Below, piece after piece: positions 28,569-40,285 of a stretch of DNA of 57,062 nucleotides. Numbering within the stretch: the stretch's first letter is position 1; each line of letters starts with the position of its first letter. The stretch spans positions 131,695 to 188,756 of the forward strand of contig PS015070.1 of the NCBI GenBank assembly GCA_048213135.1. Reading direction: 5' to 3'. A program made the translations under genes and the position numbers. This DNA is from Reclinomonas americana ATCC 50394. Taxonomy: Eukaryota. A model generated the notes under the pieces. The model saw nothing but the letters and a program-made list of their open reading frames with translations. It was not told the origin of the DNA and made no database searches.

Positions 28569-31439
28569 TCATGGTGGCTCTTGCTTGACAACGTCCTTGT
28601 TTTGCAGATGTCTTGCCGCGCGACCGTGAGGACTCAGCGGCGTAGTGTTGGTGGCTCCGCTCACACGCATGGAGTCTGTGACTGCAGCGGCAGGAGCAAC
28701 ATGTTTCAGAGACAATCGTTGCGACGACGACGGATCTACTTCTGAGGGTTTTTCGCAACTTTGTCTGCTCATGATTCCTGGCTGCAGACCTGCGGCGGCA
28801 GCAACAGCGGCCGCAGTTGTCGCGACGACCAAGACCTCATCCTCCTGCAAAGGATGGGACGCAGGTGGTGGTGGTGGTGGTGGCAATGGAGGCGATGCAT
28901 GGTAGTGAGCAACGGCAGAGGCAGTAGAATCAACACCAGGCTGATCCTGTGAACGGGAGCAGGTCACAGCAATGAAGAAGCTTCTAGCACGGCAGTTGTG
29001 AAGCACCTCTTCGCTTGAGACGCCCGAGCCACCATTCGAGCGCCGCCGTTTCTCCGGTGGGCCGCCATCGCTACTGACACTTGCAAGACCATCACGTTGG
29101 TCCACCGTCCTCTTGTCACCAGCATGCGGCTCCGACTCGTGGGAAGCATGCGAGTGGAAGCCATTACTCACTTCCGTAGCGGCGGCATCGACGAGTGGAG
29201 CAGCCGCCGACTCTGCCGTTGACGAGCGCCTGGTTGTGCGCCGACGCGTTGTGCCCGTCTCCGACGGCGACCAATCTTCACCTGGAGGAGTCGTCGCGGA
29301 TGTGGAGACAGAGTGCGGTCTCTTGCGACCCCTCTCATCCGCAGGCGACGCCGCGGCTGGACGCTTTCCAGTTGTCTGTGGGACAAGAGATGAGCAGCTG
29401 ATGACACTACGCTTAGCAAAGTGCATCCAAACCGAGCGTCGCGGCCGAGGAGATGCCGCAGCTCCTGCTCCTGCAAGTCGCACATGGAGTGAGAGATATC
29501 AGAGTCGCGCATGCGTTGTGCACAGTTGTATACCCACCGGTTGGGGGAGACGGAGTGCGAGGCAGCGAGGGCGAAGGGACCGGCTGTTCTGTCGCCGTGG
29601 TTGCAGTTGGCGCCGACCTCTGCCGTGGGGGAGAATGCATCAGCGACAAGTGACCATTGCCAATGGTGATCAGATGTCTGTGTGCACACGAACCGTACGA
29701 CGAGATGGACTGACACGGTAGTCTGCTGCCAGCTCGAAACAATGAGCACACTTGTTGGCATTACTCACAACGCAAAGCAAGACGCACCCGGTTCACCGCT
29801 CTGCGGAGTCGAATCGCTTGCTTGTTCGCTGCTGCTTGCGGTTCTCCTTGTGCGTGAACAGTGAGGCATGCATATGCAATCGCGCGACGAAAGAAGCGCG
29901 GCAGCGAAACTTGTCGCGATGCCGAGACTGCGGCGGCTGCTTGTCGTCGTTGTTGATCGGCGGCTCGGAACCACCATTCGAGGACGGTGACGACGACGGT
30001 ACTCCACTGCTCGTTGTCTTCTTGACAGCAGGCAGCGTGGACGGCGGAGCAGCAGCAGTCGAAGAGGTCCGCTTCACCGCAGGTAGCGAAGGTGGCGCTG
30101 GCGAAGCCACAGCAGAAGCTCTTNNNNNNNNNNNNNNNNNNNNNNNNNNNNNNNNNNNNNNNNNNNNNNNNNNNNNNNNNNNNNNNNNNNNNNNNNNNNN
30201 NNNNNNNNNNNNNNNNNNNNNNNNNNNNNNNNNNNNNNNNNNNNNNNNNNNNNNNNNNNNNNNNNNNNNNNNNNNNNNNNNNNNNNNNNNNNNNNNNNNN
30301 NNNNNNNNNNNNNNNNNNNNNNNNNNNNNNNNNNNNNNNNNNNNNNNNNNNNNNNNNNNNNNNNNNNNNNNNNNNNNNNNNNNNNNNNNNNNNNNNNNNN
30401 NNNNNNNNNNNNNNNNNNNNNNNNNNNNNNNNNNNNNNNNNNNNNNNNNNNNNNNNNNNNNNNNNGTTAGCAGCCGGGCGCGACGACGGTACTCCACTGC
30501 TCGTTGTCTTCTTGACAGCAGGAAGCGCGGGCGGCGAAGAAGAAGCAGTCGCAGGCGGAGCCACAGCGGGATGCATCGGCGGCGCTGGCGGCGGTGGCGG
30601 CGGCGGCGGTGGATTTATGACAGGCACCGGCGCATTGTTGACATTCCGCAGAGCACTGGTCGCAGACCGAAGCACCCGCGGTACCGGTTGTGGAGGAGGT
30701 GACGGAGGACGTGGCCGCGCTTCGGCTGCAGCGACAAACTCCTGATTCACCGCCACTCGCACACCAGCGCCGTCTCGCATGACGAACAACACCACTGGCA
30801 ACACCGCTAGCATGACAACCAGCATAGCGAGCACGATCGAGTACGACGCGATGCCCGCGACAAGCATATTTCCGCAGCTCAGCGCCACAATCACCGCCGG
30901 TCGCAGGAGTCTCCTCTGCGTGTCTCCCTGCAAAAGACGCGCCCGTTGCTGCTGCACGACAGGCACGCGATACAGGAGCCGACCTATCGCCACGCACACC
31001 ACGGCCATGGCCAGTGAGGCCGCCACAGCCACCGACACAACACTGATATCATCACGTGCAGCCGGTCTCATGAGCGACTGCAACATGCTCCACGCGAGGT
31101 ACCCAAAGAGCACAGAGTACGCGATCAGCTTGTCCACTGCGTCCAGCTGCCACCACGCACCAGTGCCTTGTGCGAGTCTTCCCAGCGCGAGTGTAACGTT
31201 GGCAGCCTGTGCCACCAGTGCTCTCCAGACCGCTTTCACCGATCTTCCCATGAGGAGAGTCACATGCGCTCCAGCAGACACGACGCGGAGCAGAAGGTGG
31301 AGTGTGAGTGACCACGCGCGCGCCTGCAACACACCATGAGTGGAAAGAGTGCATGCATGCAAGCAAGCAACAATGAACGCACTGCGAGTGTGATGCACGC
31401 GCGCATCGCTCGAGTCAGTCTCGCCTTGATCGCCTCCAT
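28569..31439 (-). CDS. Tandem family copy C (gapped)
   Basis: Starts MEAIKARLTRAMRACITLA|ARAWSL, contains WWQLDAVDKLIAYSVLFGY and ends LQNKDVVKQEPP*. Confidence 0.68.
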
Positions 31440-31579
31440 CGGGGGTTTGCTGTCCGCCGCTCTTGTATCCTACTGTGTTTCATGCAGGACACGACCTTTT
31501 CCCGCCTAGATGCTTTCCCCTCGTCCAACAAACACCTCTGAGCGTACATGCCGTTTGTAGTTGTTTGTTATCCATCCAT

Positions 31580-34194
31580 TTACTCATCACCCACAATCGG
31601 TATGATTGTCAGCCCGCTCTTCACGGCCGCGCCACGCTCGACGACCCATCGGCCGAGACGCGGTTCAATGGCCACTGTGCCCACCAGCAGTCGCGCATCG
31701 GGCGTGAAGGCCATGGATGTTATCCACCCGTGTGCCGACGTGGCCGCGGCCAGCGGCTCCAGCAAGCCCATTTTGTGGTGCGACTCGGTGTGGTTGCGGT
31801 ACGAGGCGCGGTAGAAGCGAATCGAGCCTGTGTGAGACGCCGAGGCGACCAGATCGCCACGGCGCGTGCAGGCGAGCGAGGAAATCCACGAGTCTGGTCC
31901 GTGGGCATCCGGAATGACACACACGGGCCTCTTCTTGTGGGCGACCCACATGCACACGGAGCTGCGGGAAAAGGAGTGTGAGCATGAAAATCGTGAGCAG
32001 CAGAAGACTCCTAGTGACCCACGCACCCGTCCTGCGAGCCCGACACAAACGACTCGTCGTCGAGGCCGCGCACGCATTCGACAGGGGGAGCAGCCGAGGA
32101 CTGCTCGTACACCAGTTGCGATTCTTCTGCCACCTTCCACAGCCTCACCGTGCCGTCCACGCCGCAGCTCAGAGCGCGTTCCTGGGGGAAGGGGAGGGGT
32201 TAGGGAAGGGAATGGGGGGGGGAGGCAAGGGAAAGACATGGAAGAACATCTCACAGAGATCTGCCTTCACTAACTCGCTGTTACAGAGGAAATATAAAGG
32301 GAAGAAGCTGCGAACTGCAGTAACTCTGCTATGTCTGTGGAAGCGGAAAGCAATCACTGCAGTTCGAGAGAGAGATACAGAGGCTTGCCACCGCATGCTC
32401 AACAGTGCTCGTCAGCGGCTTACGAAAAATAAAGAATTACTGCAGTTCTCAGAGACAGAGAGAGAGAGTGAAGGGAGACACAGAGAGTAAAGGAGAGAAA
32501 ATACAGAGGCTCGCCACCACATGCTCTCTTGCCGAGCACTGAAGCAACACTGCTCGCCACTTGCTCTCTCCGTCTCTCTCTTCAGGCACGAGAGCGACTT
32601 TTGAATAGCATCACTGCGCTCCAAAGAGAGAGAGAAAGAAAACACAGAGGCTTGCCACTACATACTCTTGCCGAGAATCGCTTTCCACCTCATCTGCCCA
32701 AGCTGAATGACCTTAGAATTCGCAGAGAATCACTCACTCTCTTCTGCAGAAAAGAGACGAGATCTGCAGCAACTCTTCCCAAATCCTCACTGTCTCAACA
32801 GACCCAGCAGAGCAACCTTAGAATTCGCAGAGCTATCACTCGCTCTCTTCTTACACAATGACAGAGGTTCTGCTTGTCACTCGCTCTCTACTCTCCCAAC
32901 CACGTGAAGAGTCTGCATGTAACTCACTGCTTTTCGCTCCCGCTCTCTGCAGAGGTACTACTTGTCGCTCTCCTCCCACGGCGTACAGTCTGCATATCAC
33001 TCATTCCTTCTCGCTCCCGCCCTCTGCAAAGGTACTGCTTGTCGCTGTTGTCTCTTTCGACCACGATGAAAGCACGTTAGACAGTCTGCACATCAATCGT
33101 TACTTGTCTCACAAGAGCGTGCCTTCAATCACACCCTCCGCCTTCAGCTGCAACAACTTTGTTCGTGATCTCATCTCATATTCCCCCTCACTCATGCTTC
33201 TGCAACGATAATGGGCAGAGAATTCTCATAGCTCCCTTCTCTTTTTCATCGTTCCCCTCTCCTTCTCCTCTCTCCCCCCTCTCCTTCTCATCACTCCCCT
33301 CTCCCTCTCTCATCGCTCCCCTCTCCCTCTCTCATCACTCCCTCTCCTTCCCTCATCTCCTCCCTCTCCTTCTCATCACCCCCTCTCCTTCTCATCACTC
33401 CCCTCTCCTTCTCATCGCTCCCTTCTCCCTCTACCATCGCTCACCTTGTTCACATGGAAACCATTCGTGTCCACATCGGTGACACCACTGCGATGCCCGT
33501 ACAGCGCATCCACATAGCTCATCAACGACAGACTCCACATCTTAATGGTGCGGTCGGCGCTGGCCGAGTACAACTCTGCGCCCGATCCCGTGCCACCCAT
33601 GCTGCCGGATCGGAACGCAAGCGCATTCACTGCGCCCTTGTGGCCGGTCAGTGCATCAATCTGCAATCACCCCACAGATGAGAGCCGAGAGAATGGATTC
33701 AGTACCAATGCATGCTTGCAGCAGCAATCAACGACGACGACGACGCACAAGACTGCCCGATCGTGTGTCCCACACACGAATGAGTCCATCGCGGCTTCCC
33801 GTGACCAGCAAGCTGTTGTCGCCATTCACTGCCACCGACAGCACGTGCGGTCGCTGGTTGTTCTGCAACGGCTTGACGAACCCGGCAGCCACGACGGCGG
33901 CCGACGGAGCGGCAGCAGACGCCACTTTCGCGCCCGCTGTACTGGTGCTGGTGGTCGTCGTGGTCGACGTGGCGGTCCTTCCATCGCTCTTCTCGGCATA
34001 GACGCGTAACCGCTGACCGGTCTCCAGATCCCACTGCAGCACAGCACAGTCCTTGCCGCCCGTGAATGCCTGCGTGCCATCGGCCGACAAGCACAAGCAC
34101 GTCGCCGGTGCACGGTGGCCATTCAGTGCGCGATATCTGCAAGCAGAGAGAATGAGGAGATGACAGACAGGAAGACACATAGATCTCTCTCTCA

Positions 34195-34267
<73 letters not shown>

Positions 34268-34773
34268 GTCTCTCTCTCTCTNNNNNNNNNNNNNNNNNNN
34301 NCCACACCGCGTCGCCTCTGATCGCGCGCCACGTCATCCTCATCTTCGTCGTCCTCATCGTCGTCTCCATCCTCACCCTCGTGTTCTGTGTGCACCGCAT
34401 TGTGTAAGCGCACGCGCGCACACACACACTTGCATGAGCGTCGTCTTGCATCGTTGCACGCACCTTTCCGCAAGTCATCCAGTTTGCGCAAGTACTCCTT
34501 GGCCAGTCGCAATCGTCGCTGCTCGACACTCTCATCCTCGTCCTCCTCCTCTTGCTGCTTCTGTGCCACTCCATTGACCTTGCTCTTTGCGGCCTGTTTC
34601 CTCTTCTTGTCAAGGTCGCCATAGTCGTTCTCCTCCTCCTCGCCCGCCGACGACTCCGACGAGGCAATCTCCTCGTCTAGTCGCAGGTCGGCAGTGCGGC
34701 TGCTGGGTGCGCCTCCCTTCTTGCTGCGCTTGCGTGGTGGGCCACTGCTCTTTCCGCCGCGTGCTCTCTTCAT
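31580..34773 (-). CDS. RRP9: U3 snoRNP-associated WD40 protein RRP9 (U3-55K)
   Basis: Basic/acidic N-terminus with ESVEQRRLRLAKEYL. WD repeats: GHKGAVNALAFR, LYSASADRTIKMW, YVDALYGH, RLWKVAEESQLV, WISSLA...DLVAS and EPRLGRW. Confidence 0.92.
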
Positions 34774-35231
34774 TGTGAAATGAATGGATTTGCATGAAAT
34801 CAATGGAGTGGATTGTGGAAATCGAAATCATCACGCGGCACCACACCCTTTCATTCCAAACACCTCCGGCACTTGCAACAAAACAAAACAGAACATCACA
34901 CGCACACATACACACACCCACCCACCCGCCCACAGATGCACACACACACCGAGGCATCGGGGGAACGAGAAAGGAGAGAGAAGAGAAAAATGACGACAAT
35001 GACAAGACAAGACAGAGAGAGCGAGGGGGGTGTGGGAAGCAACAACGTCAGTCATTACTCCCACCACCACCACCTCCACCTATCCATCCTCAGAAGACCG
35101 CAGAGCCTCCCAACAAGAGCATCGTCATCATCAACATCATCATCGTCCTTCCCATCCCATCAAGCGTTATCCGGCAAGTGCACAAAGTGGGGGGATCGAT
35201 GGAGTGAAAGTGGTAAGAGTGGTGGTCCGCC

Positions 35232-36188
35232 TTACAGGGCGAGCTTCGTGCGGCGCCAGTTGCGGCGCTTCGCGTTGTAGCTGCGGGAAGAGGAGGAGAA
35301 AGTGGGAGGGAATGGTCAGTTAATGAAGCGAGACAAGCAAGAGAGAACGAAAGGCTGAGTGTGATAGCAGCGAGGGACACAGCGTGCGTGGGAGACATAG
35401 AGAGAGGGAGAGAGCTACGCAAAGCGCGTGCACATATTCGAGTGGGACACATGACGACGTAAATCACTGAGTGATCAAGAAGTGGCAGAGTGCACGCCTT
35501 CAGTAGATGGAGGTGAGGGAATGTAGAACACGCACGCGTGCATGAGTGAGTGTGCTTGCGTGCGTGAGAAAAGAGAGGAGAGCAAGGGACAGTTAAAGAT
35601 GAGAGAGAAACGTGAACTGTGAACTAATCACAACAAAAGGAGCAAGGAGAGTGGCAGAGAACACGCTGTCTTACACAGGCTGTGAGAAGAGTGAGCTGTG
35701 TGCTGTGTGTGTGCGAGAGAGAGAGAGAGCAATCACTGTCGTTTCTCTCATACTTCTCATTCTCACTCTCACTCTCTCTGTAGTGCCATCTCGTGTGTGC
35801 GTGTGAGAGAGAGGCCAAAACTCACCGAATCTTGGTGTCGATCTTGTAGGGGAACCAGCGCGGCAAGGGGCGGTTCTGTGAGGCCTTGCGAGCCAGCTTC
35901 TTCTTCAGGCGGAGTGTCTTGTGTGAGCCCTGCATATTGACAAGAGAGACAAACACATGAACACACACAGACAAACGATAAACAGAGAGCGAAGTGAGCA
36001 ACAGAGACGGAGAGAAGGGGGGGAGAGTGTGTGCGTGCGTGAGGGCGGTCATCATGTGCACATGCATGGCCCCCCTTTCACACACGCGCGCACACACTTG
36101 CGCGCTCATTTCTGTGTGAGGTGCTCTCACTTGCTCACTGCACGCACGCACACATCAACACACACACACAAACACGCGTGCGAACCAT
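35232..36188 (-). CDS. RPL39: 60S ribosomal protein L39 (eL39); coding exons 36186-36188 (ATG only), 35826-35929, 35232-35280
   Basis: M|GSHKTLRLKKKLARKASQNRPLPRWFPYKIDTKIR|YNAKRRNWRRTKLAL*, 51 aa. Confidence 0.96.
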
Positions 36189-36262
36189 GGCGATGTCGAC
36201 GCGATTAAGAAAAGTGAGTGGCACGTCGGTCCACCCGACCGGACCGTGGAGCCGTGCACAAC

Positions 36263-37360
36263 ATGATCATCGACCACGCCGGTGAGGTGTGGTGCGTGGC
36301 AGTGTGGCGCGACCTGCTGGCCACTGCCTGCGCCGACGGTGGCGTCCGTCTGTTCAACCCGCTCGCGTCGACATCGACATCTCCAGTGGCCGAGGATCGC
36401 GCGCACGGCGATGAGCCGGTGCACGTGGTCGCGTTTGGCCACCACAGCGACGGTGAGGTGTCACTGATCAGCGGCGACGAGAGCGGCACGATTGTGCGAC
36501 GACGATTGGAGGTCAATGTCGATCGTTGCGAGTTGTCGATATCGTGGGTGGGCGAGGGCGGACACAAGGATGGAGTGTACTCGGTGGCGTCGTCGGCGTC
36601 GCTCGTGTACACTGGATCGTATGATATGACGGTGTGCGTGTGGCGAGCGGAGAGTGGCGAGCGAGTGCGATCGATTCGTGGAGTGCACGGGCATTGGGTG
36701 ACGGCGTTGGCGCTGGTCGGTGTCACGCTCGTCAGTGGATCGTACGACGGGAGCATTGTGTGGCAATCGGCGGGCGATGTTGATGAGGGTGATGGCGAGC
36801 ACGACAAGATCGACGCCAAGTCGCCCGTGTGCGCGCTGGTGCTGTTGCCGGAGGAGCGCTGCCATCATGCGGTGGTCAGTGGGCATGTCGATGGGCGCGT
36901 ACGGGTGTGGTCGTCGGCGACGCGCGGCAAGCCGAAGCTGCTGCATGTGCTGGAGGGGCACGAGTGTGATGTGTCGTCGCTGGCGGTGTCGGCGGATGGA
37001 CAGGTGTTGGTGTCGGGGTCGCATGGTGAGAGAAAGGAGGGAGGGAGAGGGAGGGAAACAGACAGGCAGAATAACAGACAGCTGCAGGCCTCTTCTCTCG
37101 CCTTCTGATGGTCGCCCTGTCGGCGTTGCAGACTTGGCAAAAAGAGGCGCGCGCGAGGCATCCGTATTTGTTGCTCACTCCCGTCTCTGTCTCTCGCAGA
37201 CGACACAGTTCGGGTGTGGAAGGTCGCCGCCAACGGCCGCGGTCAGTGCGTGCGGGTGCTGGAGGGCCACTCCAAAGTGGTCAACAGCGTCGCGCTGCTG
37301 AGCGACGGTCGCTGTGTGAGTGGCAGTCAAGACGGAACCGTGAGGGTGTGGGATATCGAG
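36263..37360 (+). CDS. WD40-repeat beta-propeller protein (3' end uncertain; possible last exon 37701-37772)
   Basis: About 7 WD repeats, e.g. GHKDGVYSVA...TGSYDMTVCVW, LEGHECDVSSLAVS and LEGHSKVVNSVALLSDGRCVSGSQDGTVRVWD. Intron at about 37026-37199 and a donor at 37361. Confidence 0.85.
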
Positions 37361-37979
37361 GTGAGCGGGAAGGAGAAGAAAGAGGAGGGGAAGGAGGAGG
37401 AGGTGAAAGAAGAGGAGGAGGAGATGGAGGAGAAGAAAGAGATGGAGGAGGAGGAGGAGGAGGAGGAGGAGGAGGAGGAGGAGGAGGAGGAGGAGGAGGA
37501 GAAGAAGAAGAAGATAGAGAAGAAGAAAGAGAGAGAGAGAGAGAAGAGAAGAAGNNNNNNNNNNNNNNNNNNNNAGGAGGAGGAGGAGGAGGAGGAGGAG
37601 GAGGAGGAGGAGATAAAGAACAAGATCTAGAAGAAGAAAATAAGAGAGTAGAAGAAGGAGAAGAAGAAGAAGAAGAAGAAGAAGAACAACAACAAGGCAG
37701 TTTCTCGATGGCCTTTTGATTACTGTGTACGGCAGTGATTCGCTGCTGACGGAGTCGGATACCGATGTATAATGAAGAAACGGCGAGCAACCTTGTTTGT
37801 ACGTGAAGTTGAGCTGGCCGAATGTTGTAAAAGTAACCTGCGAAAGTGTGTCTTGAATGACCATTCTTCCATCCAAAGCGTCGACTGGAAGTCCAGCAGG
37901 TTCCACGATTCCCAGCGTGGCAAGATAGGAACAAAGCTTTGTTGTCCCACGCGAGCTCACATAAAATCCGAACGCCACC

Positions 37980-40238
37980 ATGGGCAACGCCGGTTGCGTC
38001 TCTCTCTCGCCCCTGCTCCTCCTCCTACCAGTCTTCATCTCACACTAACACGCAGCCTCCACCGCCTCATCCTCCTCACCATCCTCCTCACCTCCTCTCC
38101 CTCCACCTCTCCCGCCTCCTCCACCTCCACCTCCACCTCTCACCGAACCCGCCGACGAGATCCTCCTCGCCACCGTCGACCCCGCCGCGCTCCTCCCCGC
38201 GCCCTCTCACAGCGAGCCTCCTCCTCGCATCGACGCAGCAGACGCCCTCCACGCGCTCTTCCCCTCGGCCTCAGACTCGCGCGAGCAGTACCGCCTGCGC
38301 GAGGTCATGGTCGCCGCGCACCTCAGCGCAGCCGCCTACCACGTCGACTGCGCGGTCGGCGTGCGCGGAGGCCCGCTGAGTGTGTCGGCGTTCTCGGCCC
38401 GGCGAGTACTGGAGTCGCGCGGGCTGTTGCGCAGTGTGAGGGCCGTGCAGCGGGTGTCGCTGTCGCGCTATCAGCAGGGATCGTCGTCGTTTGAGGGCGA
38501 GGACAGTGAGGATGAGGGTGAGTTGATGTCGTCGCCGTCGAGTGCGGATGCGTGGCCGTTTGGGCCGCCGTTGTTGCAGCGCGTGCAGGTTACCATTGCT
38601 GAGGCGCCGCAGGTGGGTGAAGGGGGAGGAGGGAAAAGAGTATTTTTACACAGTTGTCGCGTTTGTCGGGCTCACGTTCTTCTCCTTCTTGTTCGTGTCC
38701 TTCTCCTTCTCTTCGGTGTTCTTCTTGCCTTCTTCCTCCCGTCTCCTTCCCTTCGTTATTTCTTTCTTCTTGGTATTCTGCTTCTCCTTCTCTTCCTTCT
38801 ACTTCTTGTTCGTGTCCTTCTCCTTCTCTTCGGTGTTCTTCTTGCCTTCTTCATCCATCTCCTTCTCTTCGTTGCTCTTCTTGCCGTCTTCTTCCTTGCC
38901 ATCTTCTCCATCTTGCTCCTTCTCTTCGTTGTTCTTCTTACTTGCTTCTCCACCTTGTTCTTGCCCATCCGCGCTCGTGTTTTTCGCCTTCTTGTTCCTC
39001 CCCTTCTCCTTCTCTTTCTCCTCCTTGTTCCTCTCCTGCTGCGTGTTCCTCGCCTTCTCCTTTCTTGTGATTCATCTTGCCTCATTCACCTTCTCCCCCT
39101 CCTTCTCGTTCCTCCCCTCGTTTCTCTCCTGCTTCTTTCATCCTTCTTCTTGTTCCTTCCGTCTCCTGCCTTCTCCTCGTTATTCTTCCTGCCTTGCTTC
39201 TTCTTGTTGTTCTTCTCACTCTCTTCTTGTTCCTCCTCTTTGTGATTCATCTTGCCTTCGTCGTCTTCTCTTCCTTCTCCCGCTCCTCTTCCTCCTCCGT
39301 CATCTTCTTCTTTATTTCTTCGTTGCTCCTCTTCTCCTTCTCTTCGTGGTTCTTCTTGCCTTCCTCTTCTCTCCTTGTTTTGCTCTGTTCCACCTCCTCG
39401 TCCATCTTCTTGTTCTTCATTCTCATCCTCCCCTCCCCTTCCCCTTTGTCCCCTTCCCCCTTATCCCCTCCCCTTCCCCTTAACCCCTCTCAGTTCTGCA
39501 TGCTGGCGGAGGACCCGGAGACGCTGTACGTGTGCTTCAAGGGCACCTCGCTCTCCGACGCCGCCGACATTGTGGCCAACGCGCGTCGCGTGGCCATCCC
39601 CTTCCCCGGCCTGCGCAACGTGCTGGTGCACGAGGGCTACTATGCGCGCGCCAAGACCATGCAGATTCGCGAGATTGTCGACCGGGCGCGCCGCACACGC
39701 CGCCGTCTCGTCTTTTGCGGCCACTCGCTGGGCGGAGCAGTGGCGGCGCTGGTGGCGCTTCGTGTCATCACCGAGGCACGGGTGGGCTCGCCGAATCACA
39801 TTGCGTGCTACACGTTTGGTGCGCCGCTCTTTGTGGCCGCGGACTCGGTGCCGGCGATGCTGGAGCGGCGGCTCGACAATATCTTTTTCAACTTTGCCAT
39901 GGAGGGCGATTGGATTCCGTTCTGCCACATGCGGCTCAACGAGGCGCTTGGTGGGGTGGTGAGTGGGTGGGAGGTGAAGGGGGAAGGGAAGGGGGAAGGA
40001 AGGGGAAGGAGAGAAAGAGAGAATATATGTCAGAGGAGAGTGAGATGGAAAGAGAGGGAGTCAAAGAGAAGAGTGTACCAAACCGAGTGGCGAAATAGTG
40101 AGCAATAGCATCTGTACAAGACAGACAATCGAGTGCTCGGAGTCTCGTTCTTTCGTTCTTTAGTTCTCTCTCTGTCTCTCTCTCTCTCTCTTCGTTCTCT
40201 TTCTTTTCTCCCTCGCCCTCTCCTTTTTCTTATGCTTG

Positions 40239-40285
<47 letters not shown>

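Noticed and set aside
21285-31500. Tandem 3-4 kb units as a transposon or viral insertion
   Set aside because: No transposase, reverse transcriptase or integrase motifs, terminal repeats or target duplications were seen. The units have host-type spliceosomal introns.
35930-36185. Possible box C/D snoRNA in RPL39 intron 1 (ATGATGA on - at about 36055)
   Set aside because: No downstream CTGA box D or terminal stem within the intron.
37361-37700. Poly-Glu/Lys extension of the WD40 protein, or a WD40-lipase fusion
   Set aside because: The GA-rich run follows a good donor (GAG|GTGAGC) like other intron starts. The lipase gene has its own Kozak-context ATG at 37980.
38542-39483. Long Leu/Phe/Ser-rich ORFs resembling multi-pass membrane proteins
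   Set aside because: They are translations of a CTT/CT-rich intron (38613-39493) of the lipase gene. The same applies to the poly-ER, poly-LS and poly-HT ORFs elsewhere.
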